Source of the DNA: Euprymna scolopes
Lineage: Eukaryota
Direction: 5' to 3' (one strand)
NCBI GenBank assembly: GCA_053919585.1
Contig: CM132800.1
Length of the DNA stretch: 64,000 nt
The translations under genes were made by a program, and so were the position numbers. Below, piece after piece: positions 28,728-41,830 of the stretch. Position 1 is the stretch's first letter. Each line of letters opens with the position of its first letter. Under the pieces are notes generated by a model. It was not told the DNA's origin. It did not search any database and saw nothing but the letters and a program-made list of their open reading frames with translations.

Positions 28728-29744
28728 GTACTAATTGTAATTTCACATTGGATCGATATATTTATCGATGAGCAATATCTCTTGCGATATAAACGATATT
28801 TGGTAGGGTTTATGATAGAGAAAATGTCTTCTTAAGAAAATTGCTAATTATAGATAATCGCGAAATGTTTTTTTTTCAAATATCGATTCATTTCTCGCCG
28901 ATACGTTTATACAAGCGAACCGTCGATGGACAGAAGTCCAAAGCTCAAATTATCAACGCTGATTTGCCTCAGAGATACATGTTACATACAAATGTATAGA
29001 TAGATATAAAATATGTTATTAAGGTACGTATAAAGTTGTGCAGTTTTGTCAGTTTGTGTATCACGTATATATGTATTAATTCGTGTGTGCGGGGGGGTGT
29101 TCAACATATATTAATAACGGTTCCATAATATATGGCCGTTTGGTAAGAAAACTAGCAACTGCAATTCGACCACACAATTGCTGACAGCAATTAATTCATG
29201 CGTACAGCTTTTTACCGATCAAAGGGACGTACTACACGTTGCATACTGATACATTTTTTCGTCGGGGTTAACCACTAAGTTGAACTCTGTAATAGAACGT
29301 TTAATGCGAGGACACACGATGACAACTCCTGGATATACTATAAACTAGCTTTAATTCTAGTTATGTGATGTTCGGAGTCGCACTGTATTTTACTTGATTT
29401 TACATATCACTGTAACATTGCCTTGGCTTTTCACGACGTAAAGTAGTATTTCGCAAAGCGAATCCCTCGGGAACTAACTGTCAACCCCCTCATTCGCTTT
29501 GCTCTTTAACCTTATATAATCAACATAGTTATGTGTTCCCAATATCTTATTACGTTATCTATTACGTTGGCAAAAATTCAATCTTTGTTAGTGTAACCTA
29601 TATTAATTTTTGAAGTTTTTATTTTAAATATGTTATTTGTTCTTATTAATATTGTAAAGCCATTCCCTTATACGTTAATATTTCAATTGTAACCGTCTGC
29701 CCAGTTATACGAATTGCATACTAACCTAGCTAAAGAAGTCGACT

Positions 29745-30835
29745 AGTATTGCAAGGCACCGATCTTTGCTTCAATCTGAGCAAAGCTCTATTCCTTATAT
29801 TCATAAACAATCTCCCAACTCACGTTCTGTGTTCTTTCGTGAGAATATACTTTGATGAGACTACCATCTCTTACAACAGTTCAAACGCTAACAACCACTG
29901 ATATCTCTCTTAATCCTTTTCTCCTTATTTTGAGCACGTGATACAATGGGGGAAAAGGTGTCTTGCAAATACTAACGCATCCCAAAACAAACTTCAATCA
30001 TTTTACCACTAATGCTATGATTACTATTTTGTCACAATCGATATCAGTTGTTGCTTTCCCAAAGAAGAACCCTTCTTAGACAAACTTCTGAAACTGGCCT
30101 TCACTCCTGACCTTAAATAGGAAATTACATCAAATCCGTTGCCTAAGTCGCTCTACCACTCTAGAAGGCATCTAACACCCGATGCAATCCTCTACAAATA
30201 AAAGGCAATCCTCTAATAATAAAAGAGTCAAATGCGTCCTAGAAGGTAATATAACATTAAGCTTTCTGTTGCCAGGATTGGAGGTGAATTGCTTGGAACC
30301 GATTATCCTACCTTGATATAGTTCAACGCCAACTGCAAAACTTAGTAGGTTATACCTTTTATTCCTCCTTGCAACCTCTCACCTCTCCTACACAGAAGTG
30401 ACGTTGGGTGTATGTCTCTGCTTTATCGCTATATTCATGACAAGTTCTAATCTGAGCATCAATCTATAGTTCTCCTTTCCCAAACTTTCAAAAAAGAACT
30501 CGTCTAGCTACAAGGAGGGAACACTTTTTTTCCATTCTCTACCGAAATCGAAACGCAGATTCCATAAAGAAAGATTTTCAATAGAACTGCTCGCCTGAAT
30601 AATTCTGCTTTTCAAATGACTACCACATAGTCATCTCCAAGTGCAATGTAAACAAGAATTTGTTATGCCGTCCCCTTAAATAATCACATTTCAACCTATT
30701 ACCGCCATTAACGGCCCATACGCTGTGGTGTCAGTGACTACAGTACATTTATTAACACTTATCTTAGAGTGGCATTCATTTACACTTATCTTAGAGTGGA
30801 ATTTTCGCCTTGATAAGTGTTATTTATCTAAAAAC
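29745..30835 (+). mobile_element. CR1-group LINE, decayed RT core to 3' UTR
   Basis: Translation QG...LFLIFINNLP...VRIYFDETTI (decayed YADD motif). The downstream part aligns with 14012-14690. Confidence 0.8.
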
Positions 30836-32317
30836 GTTGAAAGACAAGGACGTTAGAAAAACAGAGTTTGAGTTTGGAGTTGTTGTTTACCTAAGTGAGC
30901 GCATGGTATCGGGCTACTACTACTACTACTACTACTACTATCTGATTGCTACATCTACCTTTATGTATTTCTTTTTATCTTTATTTTAATTATTTCTTCA
31001 ATTTCATTTATGTCTTATTTCTGTTGCACCCTTAACCCTGTATCCCCCTTGTTATCTATATTCTTACCTCCTTATGTGTCCATTATTCCTCCTTATTTTC
31101 ATTAATTATTCTTGTCGCTTTTCTCTTTTTTCCTGATTAATAATTATCATTCATGTACTTATCTATATTCGTCCCCTCTTACTTTCTTATTTGTCTTTCC
31201 TTTCCTCTTTTCGTTTTCATTCTCTGTTACTGTCCATTTAAAATCTTCCTTTCTCCTTTTATACCTTCCTCGCTCATTTCTTCATTGCTTTTCCTAGTTC
31301 ATCTTGAACTTAGCCTCTGCGTTTCACCTTATTGATCTCACATTTCCTCATTTCTTTTTTGCTTTTTTACTATGATGTTCTATTTTTCTTATTCTGCCAC
31401 TCATGAGATTCGCTCAAAATAAATGTGTAACAATATAATCTCATCAAACAAGACGTGTATCTTTATTAATCAAATAATCCAGAGCAACATAAATAATTGG
31501 CCGCTTAGGCAAGCTGCATAAAGGTGATCTATATTTTTTTCGAGTATTCCGGGAACGTTAAAATATTCAGTCATATTAGGACAATAATTTCTATTTCTGT
31601 AGTATTATGGATTAGGGAAACAAAGAAGATGAGAAAATTACAAAACAGTAATTCAATGAAGCGAAATACAAGAAGAAGTTCGAAAAAAACAATTGGAGTG
31701 ATAAAAATATTAACAAAAAGTTTATTACGAGACATTTTGTTTGGCATGAAAAAATCCACGAAACGTAAAGACACAAAACGGTTACGAGCTGAAAACAGTA
31801 AAACACAAAATCTAGAATTAAAACCAAAGATTCGAATCATTTAAAACAAAAAAATATGTTATAAAAATATAAATTATTTTCTTTTAGTTTTGGGTTTAAG
31901 ATATATGTGCCCGTAATCCAGACCCGTATCAAGGCGGTTATAGAGACTGGAGGAGGCTACATTGAATAGATAACAATCTTGGTGCATAATGACGTTTTCT
32001 GAATTGATTATCTTTTTCAATAAAAGCTGTAGGGTTTTTTTTCTTTAGGACAGCAGTTTAATCGTTCTACTCTGTCTTATTATTATTAGAAGTAGTTTAA
32101 TATTAATTAATTTAGTATTAATATTTAACTAATAATCAGAAAGTTGGACGCAATGTTATGTTGGAATTTGAGAATCAAGCACAGTAAAATTAGCAAAATG
32201 AGGCCTAACATGCCTGGGCAGCTCTATCGGCTTCCTTCTATCGGGGTGCAACCTTTTGTCATTGAGAATATATAACTTGGGGTATTATGCTCCTTATGAT
32301 TGAACAGAATCATATAC

Positions 32318-32518
32318 AGGGTGAGACACGGGGAGCAGATGTTTTTAGAACCCTTTGCTCTCTCTCTCTCTCTCTCTCTCTCTTTCACTCTCTCTCTCTG
32401 AGTAAAATACTTTCAGAGTAGTTTAGTAAATATTTTTATGTGCATTATAAAAGTTTTGTTTAAATATTCGCAGAGTTTTGTTTTCCTTAAAAACATCCGT
32501 TTCGCATGATTTACTCCG
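32318..32518. mobile_element. Tc1/mariner-type MITE
   Basis: TA|CAGGGTG start, with imperfect TIRs gcagatgtttttag / ttaaaaacatccg. Confidence 0.45.
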
Positions 32519-34028
32519 TTTTGCCAGACAGCAGCAAAGCGTCTTGTTATATATATAAAAAAAACTTTTTATCGTTTCTAAAACTTATCAGTCTGAAATA
32601 AGCCAATAGTTTCCAAAACCAGAAATCCACTGTCTAAAGGCGTAAATGTTGTATGAAATGGATAACTAAATAGGCGGTTTTGTCTACAGTCGGAATATAC
32701 TATTTAATGCGTGTTAATAAGCCATAATACATGATATAGTTGCCTTCATTTAGAGAAAGTATGAGTTTATTGATGACCGACTGAGACGCACTCATTTAAC
32801 AAATGCCTTTATATTTGCTATTTTCAACAACACATTTTTTTCTGAATATTTAAACAATCTATTTTTCCTTCTTCGGGCGTATGTGACTTTTCGGGCGTAT
32901 GTGACCTCACATGCTTTTCCGAACACCGGCCACAGTTTCTTTCGTCACGTGTCTGACACCACTCCTCAAAACAAGCGTCCTTTGGTCTCTGCTGTGAAAT
33001 CGCTACTGGCAACCGGATTGGTCATTCATATATTTACATGTGATTGTTGCTGCTCCCAACGTTAGCATTCTGTTACATTAGAATGGTTTTTGCCCGATTG
33101 TGCTAAGTGTATCAGCTCTAAAAACAGGCATCATCGCATTCGAAACTGGTTGTATTTCTAATACATCTCATCAGAAAAACGCACTAAATTCAGCAAGTGA
33201 ACAATATATGTTTCAGTTTTATAGATAGGAGGGGAAGAAAATTTATTAGTAGTGGATGTAGCTAGACGATTTTTTTGCTGTTTATATTTTACAGGGCGGA
33301 TACTATTGGGTATTTTCCCTGAAAATATCGATAGAGTATAGAAAGATTAGCAACATTTCTTCTTTGACAAAGAAGTAGTTTGAAGAAGACGCCATCTACC
33401 AGATTACGAAAGATCACATTTTAATGGGATTGCAGCAGCATCTCTTCAGATTTGACTTAAGCAAATAATCTTATAAGCAAACAATAATCTATCTTCCAGC
33501 TGACTCGGTTTCATTACTGCTGTTCTAACCTATTATATATACACATTTGTTTCTATTTTTTTTTAGTTCAAAATATGCTAACCGTTGTCATAATGAAATG
33601 AAACAAGCGGACATAACGATCTTTTAATTGTCGTCCGATATAAAAATAAAGCTAAAAAGTAAAACTATAATTGAATACGCATGAGATCGAAGTACACCGA
33701 TCCAAGTTATATTCATTTGCATTTAATGCAATTTTCTGGCTAATAATATTTCACTCTCATAGCTTACATATATCAAAGCACAAAAAGATTGTCAAACGAA
33801 ATTGAACTGTAAGGCCGACTTATTGACTGAATTCAGATAAATAATGCATTCGCATATAATTTGATCAATGCAATAATTACTCGTCATTGAATTAAGCACA
33901 TTCACATGGAAATTTGTAATGTTTTGTATTCATATCGATTGTGCGAAAGCGATAGTGGTTTTGCCACGCGGTTACCGAATTATTGATCTACGAGTGTAAA
34001 TACCCTACTGGATAAATTCAATATAATG

Positions 34029-34112
<84 letters not shown>

Positions 34113-34819
34113 AATTAGTGATTGGCCAAAACAACCTATTTACAGGACATGTTATTTTGCCCAGGAAATATATCACCTCGCACTCGCAAATATTTAAGTG
34201 AGAATGAGGCACACATTTAACATTATTTTTTATAGTTATTTACACATCACTTTATATTTCAAGGAATTCATCCCAAACTAACCTTACTGAGTATTGCAAA
34301 CTTATTTTTCATTATTACCTCGTAGTTAAGCCTGACTAAAATATTAATGTCTGAAACGTTCGAAGCGAGCATGAGAATAAAATTCCAAAAGTCCGTATTT
34401 GGAACTCTGCTCAGCTGGGATGCGTCCGAACTGAATACAAAGTGATCGTATTTAAGTTCAATGTAAATAAGTTCTATGATGTTGACTTTACAGTTCTATG
34501 TTCTATGATGTTGAATTACATTAATCAACCCGCTATTCTTCACTGCCATTCTGGTTTTAATAAGTAGTCAGCCCATTGTAAAAATGGTTTTAGAACTTTT
34601 GGTAGGCATTCNNNNNNNNNNNNNNNNNNNNNNNNNNNNNNNNNNNNNNNNNNNNNNNNNNNNNNNNNNNNNNNNNNNNNNNNNNNNNNNNNNNNNNNNN
34701 NNNNNNNNNNNNNNNNNNNNNNNNNNNNNNNNNNNNNNNNNNNNNNNNNNNNNNNNNNNNNNNNNNNNNNNNNNNNNNNNNNNNNNNNNNNNNNNNNNNN
34801 NNNNNTAATATATCTATAT

Positions 34820-35044
34820 ATATTCTATCATATTATATATATATATATATATATATATTTATTGTATGTTTATTATACAAATATTACTGGTTATATATGT
34901 GCATACATGTTTCAGTGGAACCTCAATTTAAACACAACCTCATCAGACCTAAAAAGAAGGTTATTTTTTGGTCTGATGAAATTCCACTGAAAAATGTATG
35001 CCTATATGTAACCAATAATGCTTGTATAAGCTTATATAGAATAT
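34820..35044. ncRNA. Inverted pair of degenerate hammerhead ribozyme motifs
   Basis: Plus strand: ttggt CTGATGA (34973-79) aattccact GAAA..GTA accaa. Minus strand: ggt CTGATGA (RC of 34940-46)..ttccact GAAAC atgtatgcacatat ATA acc. The arms are inverted copies of each other. Confidence 0.6.
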
Positions 35045-35328
35045 GAAGGACACAGGAAACGACAATATTATGAGATAAGTGCTGATAATTGCATATTTTT
35101 AGCAGTTTCGCTTAGTGTATTTGGTTAGATTTTACTAAAACTTTTAACTTCCTCTCCCTCTAAGGAATTTTTTTAATGTTTAATATTCTTGTACTATAAT
35201 GTATCTAATTTATTTTTCTCTCGTCATTTGCATGTTTGTTCTTTGTGTTAATTATTATCTCAAAATTAGCTGTAAAAAAACAGCGTTGAAATGTAAAAAA
35301 GAAAAAATAAACATAATGCAGGCGTGAA

Positions 35329-35859
35329 AGTTTAGTCACATGATATTAAATAGTATGTGACTATTAAACACTACTACTACTACTACTACTAATAATAATA
35401 ATAATAATTATTATTATTATTATAATGCTATTTAACAGTATGTGACTATTAACTACTACTACTACTAATAATAATAATACTAATAATAATTATTATAATT
35501 ATAATAATGCTATTTAACAGTATGTGACTATTAAATACTACTACTACTACTACTACTACTAATAATAATAATTATTATTATTATAATGCTATTTAACAGT
35601 ATGTGACTATTAAACACTACTACTACTACTACTAATAATAATACTAATAATAATTATTATAATTATAATAATGCTATTTAACAGTATGTGACTATTAAAT
35701 ACTACTACTACTACTACTGCTAATAATAATAATAATAATTATTATTATAATGCTATTTAACAGTATGTGACTATTAAACACTACTACTACTACTACTACT
35801 ACTAATAATAATAATAATAATGCTATTAAATAGTATGTGACTAACTTTGTGACTAAACT
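35329..35859. repeat. Seven-unit compound minisatellite (conserved ~30-bp core plus variable CTA/AAT/ATT microsatellite)
   Basis: GTATGTGACTA cores at about 35353, 35438, 35520, 35599, 35684, 35763 and 35833; period 70-85 bp. Confidence 0.9.
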
Positions 35860-36981
35860 GTGACAAAACATTGCAAGTTGTTACGATTTTCCAGAAAGTT
35901 GATCATATTTTGTATATTTGGAAACACAGGACAGTCATCTTCACCTATGCAATTCACACGGAAAAGTAAAGCCTCAATGCTTTAAAAAAATTCATAAGAT
36001 AAATGAAAACTTACTTCCGTTTTTAAACGCAGATGTTGGTGATAATAATAATTATAACAAAAAAATAGATTAAAAATTAAAATAAACACAAATAAAATAA
36101 ACCAACTATATATAATATCTCTGAATAGAATACTTAAAGCAATTCTATTACTAATTAAAAAGTTACAGCTAATTATTAAATTAGATTTTCACAAATGTAA
36201 AAGGAAAATGAGATAACCTCTTAGATATGTATATTTTTTTAATAAATAGAATATATATATAAGTCAAACAAGGATAAAATATATATGAACCCATAACAGT
36301 ATGAAATTCTTTTTTACGAACCGTTACAATTTTTGTATATATTACCCAAACTATGAACAAATAAATAAACAAAAAAAAACAGGAGTACGACTTTGTTATA
36401 ATAAATATATTATCATTATGGATTAGTTTTACTCATAGAAACTTATGATTTCTATTTATGCATATATCTAGACCTCTCCTGATATCATATCCCAGCCCGT
36501 TAAAACTGCATATAATTTCATAATTCGAAGCGAACTACTTTGCCAAAAGTTTCCGCGTGAGCAATGTTGTTTTTTCCACTCTAATGTCCAAATTCAACGA
36601 TTATTTTTTGTTATCGTGCCAAACATCCATCAGCTATGGTACCGATTGTAAGCGTAACTTCCCGCCGTTATTGTAAACTATTCGCGCCAAAAGGGCGGTG
36701 ACGTCAATTTGTGACTCCATGTATATTTGCGGAGAATAAAGATATATATTTACACAGTTTTTGTTTGGTTTGAAATGAAACCCGTTGCATGATTCATGAC
36801 AGGTGCGGAGAAGTGAAGTGATAAACAGACACTTGACGATACGAAGTACACGATTACGTCAATCATTATCCAATATTTTATTTCAATGGTAAATTACTAC
36901 ATACTTACCAACATTGGCGTTGACGTATACATGCCTCATAGAATTTCAAATATAAACATTTGTCAAGCCAGGTTTAATCTC

Positions 36982-37042
<61 letters not shown>

Positions 37043-37045
37043 TTA

Positions 37046-37471
37046 ATACACTGCACAGTCATGTTGACACACCGTTTCCCGCCACATCTCCGAAGTTAAG
37101 CGACGATGAGTCTGGATAGTATTAGATGGGTCACTAGTAGGGAAGGTTAAGATCTGTATGTACCGCGCCAAATCGTAAAACAATTTCAGATTGGTATATG
37201 GGGCGCATTAATTTACTGAGTGAGATGCACTTCCCAGCTCTCGTTAAGATGTTCTTCTAGAAAAAGAAAAACTGATGTGAAAACCTGTGGTCTACTGTAT
37301 ACTCTGGTCTGTGGTAATCATCTCCACCGACAAAGGTTAGCGGTAATACCAATAATGTGGGTGGTTCTGCACAAAGCCTTCACCACTATAAACACATCAT
37401 CTGTGTGTATTTTCGAGCAACTTAGTTGTTGTAGCGGAAGCTCATGCGTCGAAATCGATGGGAGAATCCAT

Positions 37472-37473
<2 letters not shown>
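37046..37473 (+). mobile_element. 5S rRNA-derived SINE (SINE3-type), copy 1
   Basis: The first ~115 nt resemble 5S rRNA, with box A AGTTAAGC (37094-101) and box C AGATGGGTCAC (37124-134). A ~310-bp non-5S body is shared with 53451-53828. Confidence 0.8.
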
Positions 37474-37548
<75 letters not shown>

Positions 37549-38449
37549 ATTATATATGTGTGTGTGTATACGTAGATATATATGCGTGTGTGCGAAAAAT
37601 GTGTTTATCACTCTCTCATATATATAGAGAGATTCTTGTCTTTATATTTATAAAATATTATATATTTTTCATGTTTTTCTTTCTTTTTCATATGTATACA
37701 AGAATGTATATGAGCAGGTTTACTTGTACATCTATATATTTACCTTACTCTATGTCTATCTCTGCGTACATAAGGATATCTGGGCCTGCTTTTTTAGGTC
37801 TAACTATGTACGTTTCTGTATAGAAATGCACAAATCTCTTTTATCATACCTATTTTTCTAACTATCTGTCAGGCTACTGTCCTAATGAAAAATGGATCGG
37901 ATTATCGGTTATAAATATCAAAACAGTAAATATAAAAATCAGCGTTTAAGGCAACTTGGCTTCTTGGGGATGAAGTTTGAACACGACAGGAGGGTGAAAG
38001 GAATGCTTTTATAGAAACATTTCACATAAGGATGATTCTCGTAAGCCCTAGTGACCCTCTGTAAAAGAGAGATACCATTGTCATTTAGAACACATCAAGA
38101 GAAACTTTTTAACCGGTTATAAAATAATCCATTACAGAAAAAAAAACTTACTGGCAATTGTTATAATCATGAAAACAGTTGAACTCTCTTTACATAAGCG
38201 TTTCAAATAGCACCGTCCAATCGAATGCGATAGAGAACTGGTTGTGAACAATTTCTTGACTAGTTGCATTCTAGCAGTTGATCGACATTCTAGAATAATA
38301 CATACATACATGGAACCTGGAGAAAATAGTATATGCATTGTGTAGATATTTCTGACAAGCACATTTTATTAGAAGCTCAAAACTATACGAGGTACATGCA
38401 ATCATGGGTTATCCAGATGTTGTGCAATTCGTACTTTATGTTTCGTATA

Positions 38450-38716
38450 GTTTGGTTGTTTTTGTTTTACCGCATATCAACCCTTTTCAGGTTATTTAAT
38501 GCCAAATCCAGTTATTTGAAGAAATATATTTTAATAGAATTTATTTTTTTCAAGTCGATTTCTATTTAACCCATACTTGGGACCCTAACAGGTACTACCA
38601 CTTCAGTTCAGATTGGGCCTGGGACCAATGGCAATTAAAGAATGGTTCCACTCTCCCCAAAGCCCGCAAACTAAAACCTCACCATCGGATATAGTTTAAA
38701 GTCATGTCCAGGACCA
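38450..38716 (-). mobile_element. SINE-like retroposon, copy 2
   Basis: Homologous over its length to 28437-28727. Confidence 0.8.
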
Positions 38717-39739
38717 TATCTAGAGGGTTGTCTAGTTATTCCTTCTCATCAAAACGCAGTATTGGGAACAAATCACTATCCATCAATGGGTCATACAATT
38801 AATTATTACTAGGCCTAAAGGTTTGATTTGTTTCTAAAGGATGTCTATGATTGGATTATTTTGTTGCGATTTACAGCAACAGACTATAGTTTTCCTTATC
38901 TGTGGATACTTTTTCGTCTTCGATTTTTAAATGATTCAAAGATTCTGTTTTAGACTCAGGTAAAGCGTTGTAATATTATTAATGGATGACATAATTGTAA
39001 TTCTTACTAATTTTTATATAGAATTGGATCGCATCAAATTATATAAAATATCGGGTTTGGGCAAGTTATAGATCTTAACGTAAAACAGTGATGTTTTTCA
39101 TCTCTTATCCTTTCGTCATATTTTGAGGATGTGACTTGGTGCAATCATTCCTCGGAAACATAATTTTTATGGGAACTGAAATAAACTCGTGCTCTATATT
39201 TTGTGACTTTGACACGATTAAATGTTTTGAGTAGACGGTTGTATAATGTTACCCTTTTTCGAATCTAGCGTGAATGTATAAATTATAGGGGAGAGTGTCT
39301 GCAGTCCATAATAATGCTTATTGACTTAATAATATGAAACATTATGCCCTTGTGTTATCTTTTTTGTTTTTTTGCTCTTAGTGTCATTTCACACAGGGTA
39401 TATGGTAGAATAATTCTTTTTTACCTGCGGCTTCACAAAACCACAACGTAATAATTCTTCATTAAGCTTGATCAGCTACTAACACATGTTCATATCTCAT
39501 AAAATAACAACGTTTCCTAGATACACAAGCGATCCTGTAATTCGGACGAGATCAAGCGTGTTACTGACCTCAGTTGTAACACTACAGGTATTTTCTTAAT
39601 ACTAAGTTATTAAACCAAGTTTAGCAGTATAACTGCTGTTGTGTTTTTAAGATGTTTTCAATGTGAAAATCCAAATAAACAGCAAGCATCGAGTGACGCA
39701 TTTTACAAAACATATAGAGGCAAGTGTTTAGAATATCTT

Positions 39740-40206
39740 CATCATCGTTTCCTTAAAGGCTGAGTCTATCTTTTGCAAATTTCTCACAGTGCTCGTGTTT
39801 TGTACGGAAATGCTTCCGATATATATCGAAAATCGAAAAAATCCGATCTTAAAAATACTTTTCCTTCTCTAGTAGAAAAAAAAAAAGAATTTCTACAAAA
39901 TACGGTGTAACGTAAAATATTCCTCTGTTTTTATATATATATATATATGAGAAGAAAGATAGTGTTTAAGATCGTCAAGCCCAAATACGAGCAAACGTGA
40001 TATGGTATACATACATAGACGGATTTTGATGAACGATCTTATCTGTATTTTAAATTAAAAAACATTTTTTAATGCGAATTAGTTCACCGGGCAAATTATT
40101 CCTCGATATATATAATTACTTATAGAGGTTAGACTCTATCATAATGCATACACCATCTTCTGCATAAATTAATAAATTAAAGTGTATGGTAGGACCGGGC
40201 AACTAG
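39740..40206 (+). mobile_element. Decayed non-autonomous Helitron-like element
   Basis: Shares blocks with 43630-44200 and ends accgggcaaCTAG|T. The 5' boundary is approximate. Confidence 0.55.
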
Positions 40207-41058
40207 TATTCGGATCAATAATGATTAGACAAATATTTAATAAAAGTTTATAATATGATATGGAGACTGATCCGATTCCCATGACAAGAGCAAAATTGAT
40301 CAGAAAAAATGCACTAAAAGTACATTCTAAATGACGTTCCCTAAAGCATCTGTAGCTGATCTACAACTAAAACAGTAAACACATTAAAAGTTTTGAATGA
40401 TGTTTGGAAGAATTCAGTTAATTTTTTAAAAAACTTCATTAATTTTCTGGCTGGAATCTGTGATCTGATATTTTATTTAAGCATGCCAAAATATGGTCGG
40501 ACCGTCTTACTGTTTAAATGATCACTTAGATCGCTTATAAAAGCTTGCTAACAGCTTCAGCTCCAACCAAATAAGTTCAAATTTAAAGATAAGAAACTGT
40601 GTCAACTTTTTAGGAATTTTCCAAAGCTGTTACAGAAATGAATTGTGGGCAAATCCTTCGTTAGACAACATTAAAGATTCAACGTTGTTGCTCTACACTG
40701 AATGGGATGTTGCTCAAGACCTGGATATAAGCTTGGAATGATTCTATCCTCATCTTTCACTGTTTTATATTTGATGCGATTTTAAATATTTTTTAAGTGC
40801 TTAGAACAAAGAAAGCGCAGAAATGTAGTCATTGCACTTTTAAATCATAGTTACATATATATGATGTTTGATATCGCATTCTGTGTTGATAATATCGTTG
40901 CAGATTCCCTTATGATATTAGTTCTGAAATATTTTATATTAACAGCAAGAACATTCAAATAAGTTCTAATAGTAGTTACAATCTAGCGAAACCATTTGAT
41001 TTTAATATCATACACAGTCACTAGAGACAACAACAGTTTAATCTATAAAATGAGTCAT

Positions 41059-41097
<39 letters not shown>

Positions 41098-41284
41098 AGT
41101 ATATATATATATATATATCACATAGAGAAACACAATTATTTTATTAAATCGATTGTCTTCGTTTCATTAAACAAATACGAATTTACAAAAAATATTTCAA
41201 TGAAACTTTAAATTGTTTATAGTTTATAATAACCAAATATAGTAACATTTTTAAAAGAAAACACCACCGCACAAATATTTTTCA

Positions 41285-41528
41285 TCTATATATATAAATA
41301 CGATAGCGTGTGTGTTCTTTTGTGTGTCACGCTTACATCCGCGTCGTTTAATTGTTATGTTCTATTTCTTGTCATAAATGATTTTACCAAAAATTCTTCA
41401 TAAGTTTTGGTTTCGGTTTCGACTATAGCTGATGGCACTTGAATTATCTATTTTTTTAATAAATAATTTCATCAAGAATTCTTCATAAGTTGGTGTCTCG
41501 GTTTCGATTATGGCTGAAGGAACTCAAG

Positions 41529-41587
<59 letters not shown>

Positions 41588-41656
41588 AGAGATATAGTTT
41601 GTCATAAGTTTTTTTTTATTTCGGTTTCCATTCAAGCTAATGCACCCATGTCATAT

Positions 41657-41695
<39 letters not shown>

Positions 41696-41830
41696 TTAAA
41701 TCGCAACTTTATAGTATATAAAAGTCGATAGAATATTAACTCTATAATAATATTTACGAAATCTGCAAAAAATTAAAATATGATATTTAAGCGTACTTTA
41801 CGACTGGGCGTTACCGGGTGTTCGTGCTAG
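41285..41830 (+). mobile_element. Complete non-autonomous Helitron (A|TC...CTAG|T)
   Basis: Starts A|TCTATATATATAAAT at 41285 and ends ctgggcgttaccgggtgttcgtgCTAG|T at 41830, with no TSD. Contains three internal tcataagtt..tcggtttc repeats. Confidence 0.85.

Noticed and set aside
31524-31844. 106-aa Lys-rich ORF
   Set aside because: A-rich low-complexity sequence with no recognisable motif, no ATG start and no convincing splice frame.
35329-35859. CRISPR-like repeat-spacer appearance
   Set aside because: The spacers are microsatellites that repeat each other, the context is eukaryotic and there are no cas genes.
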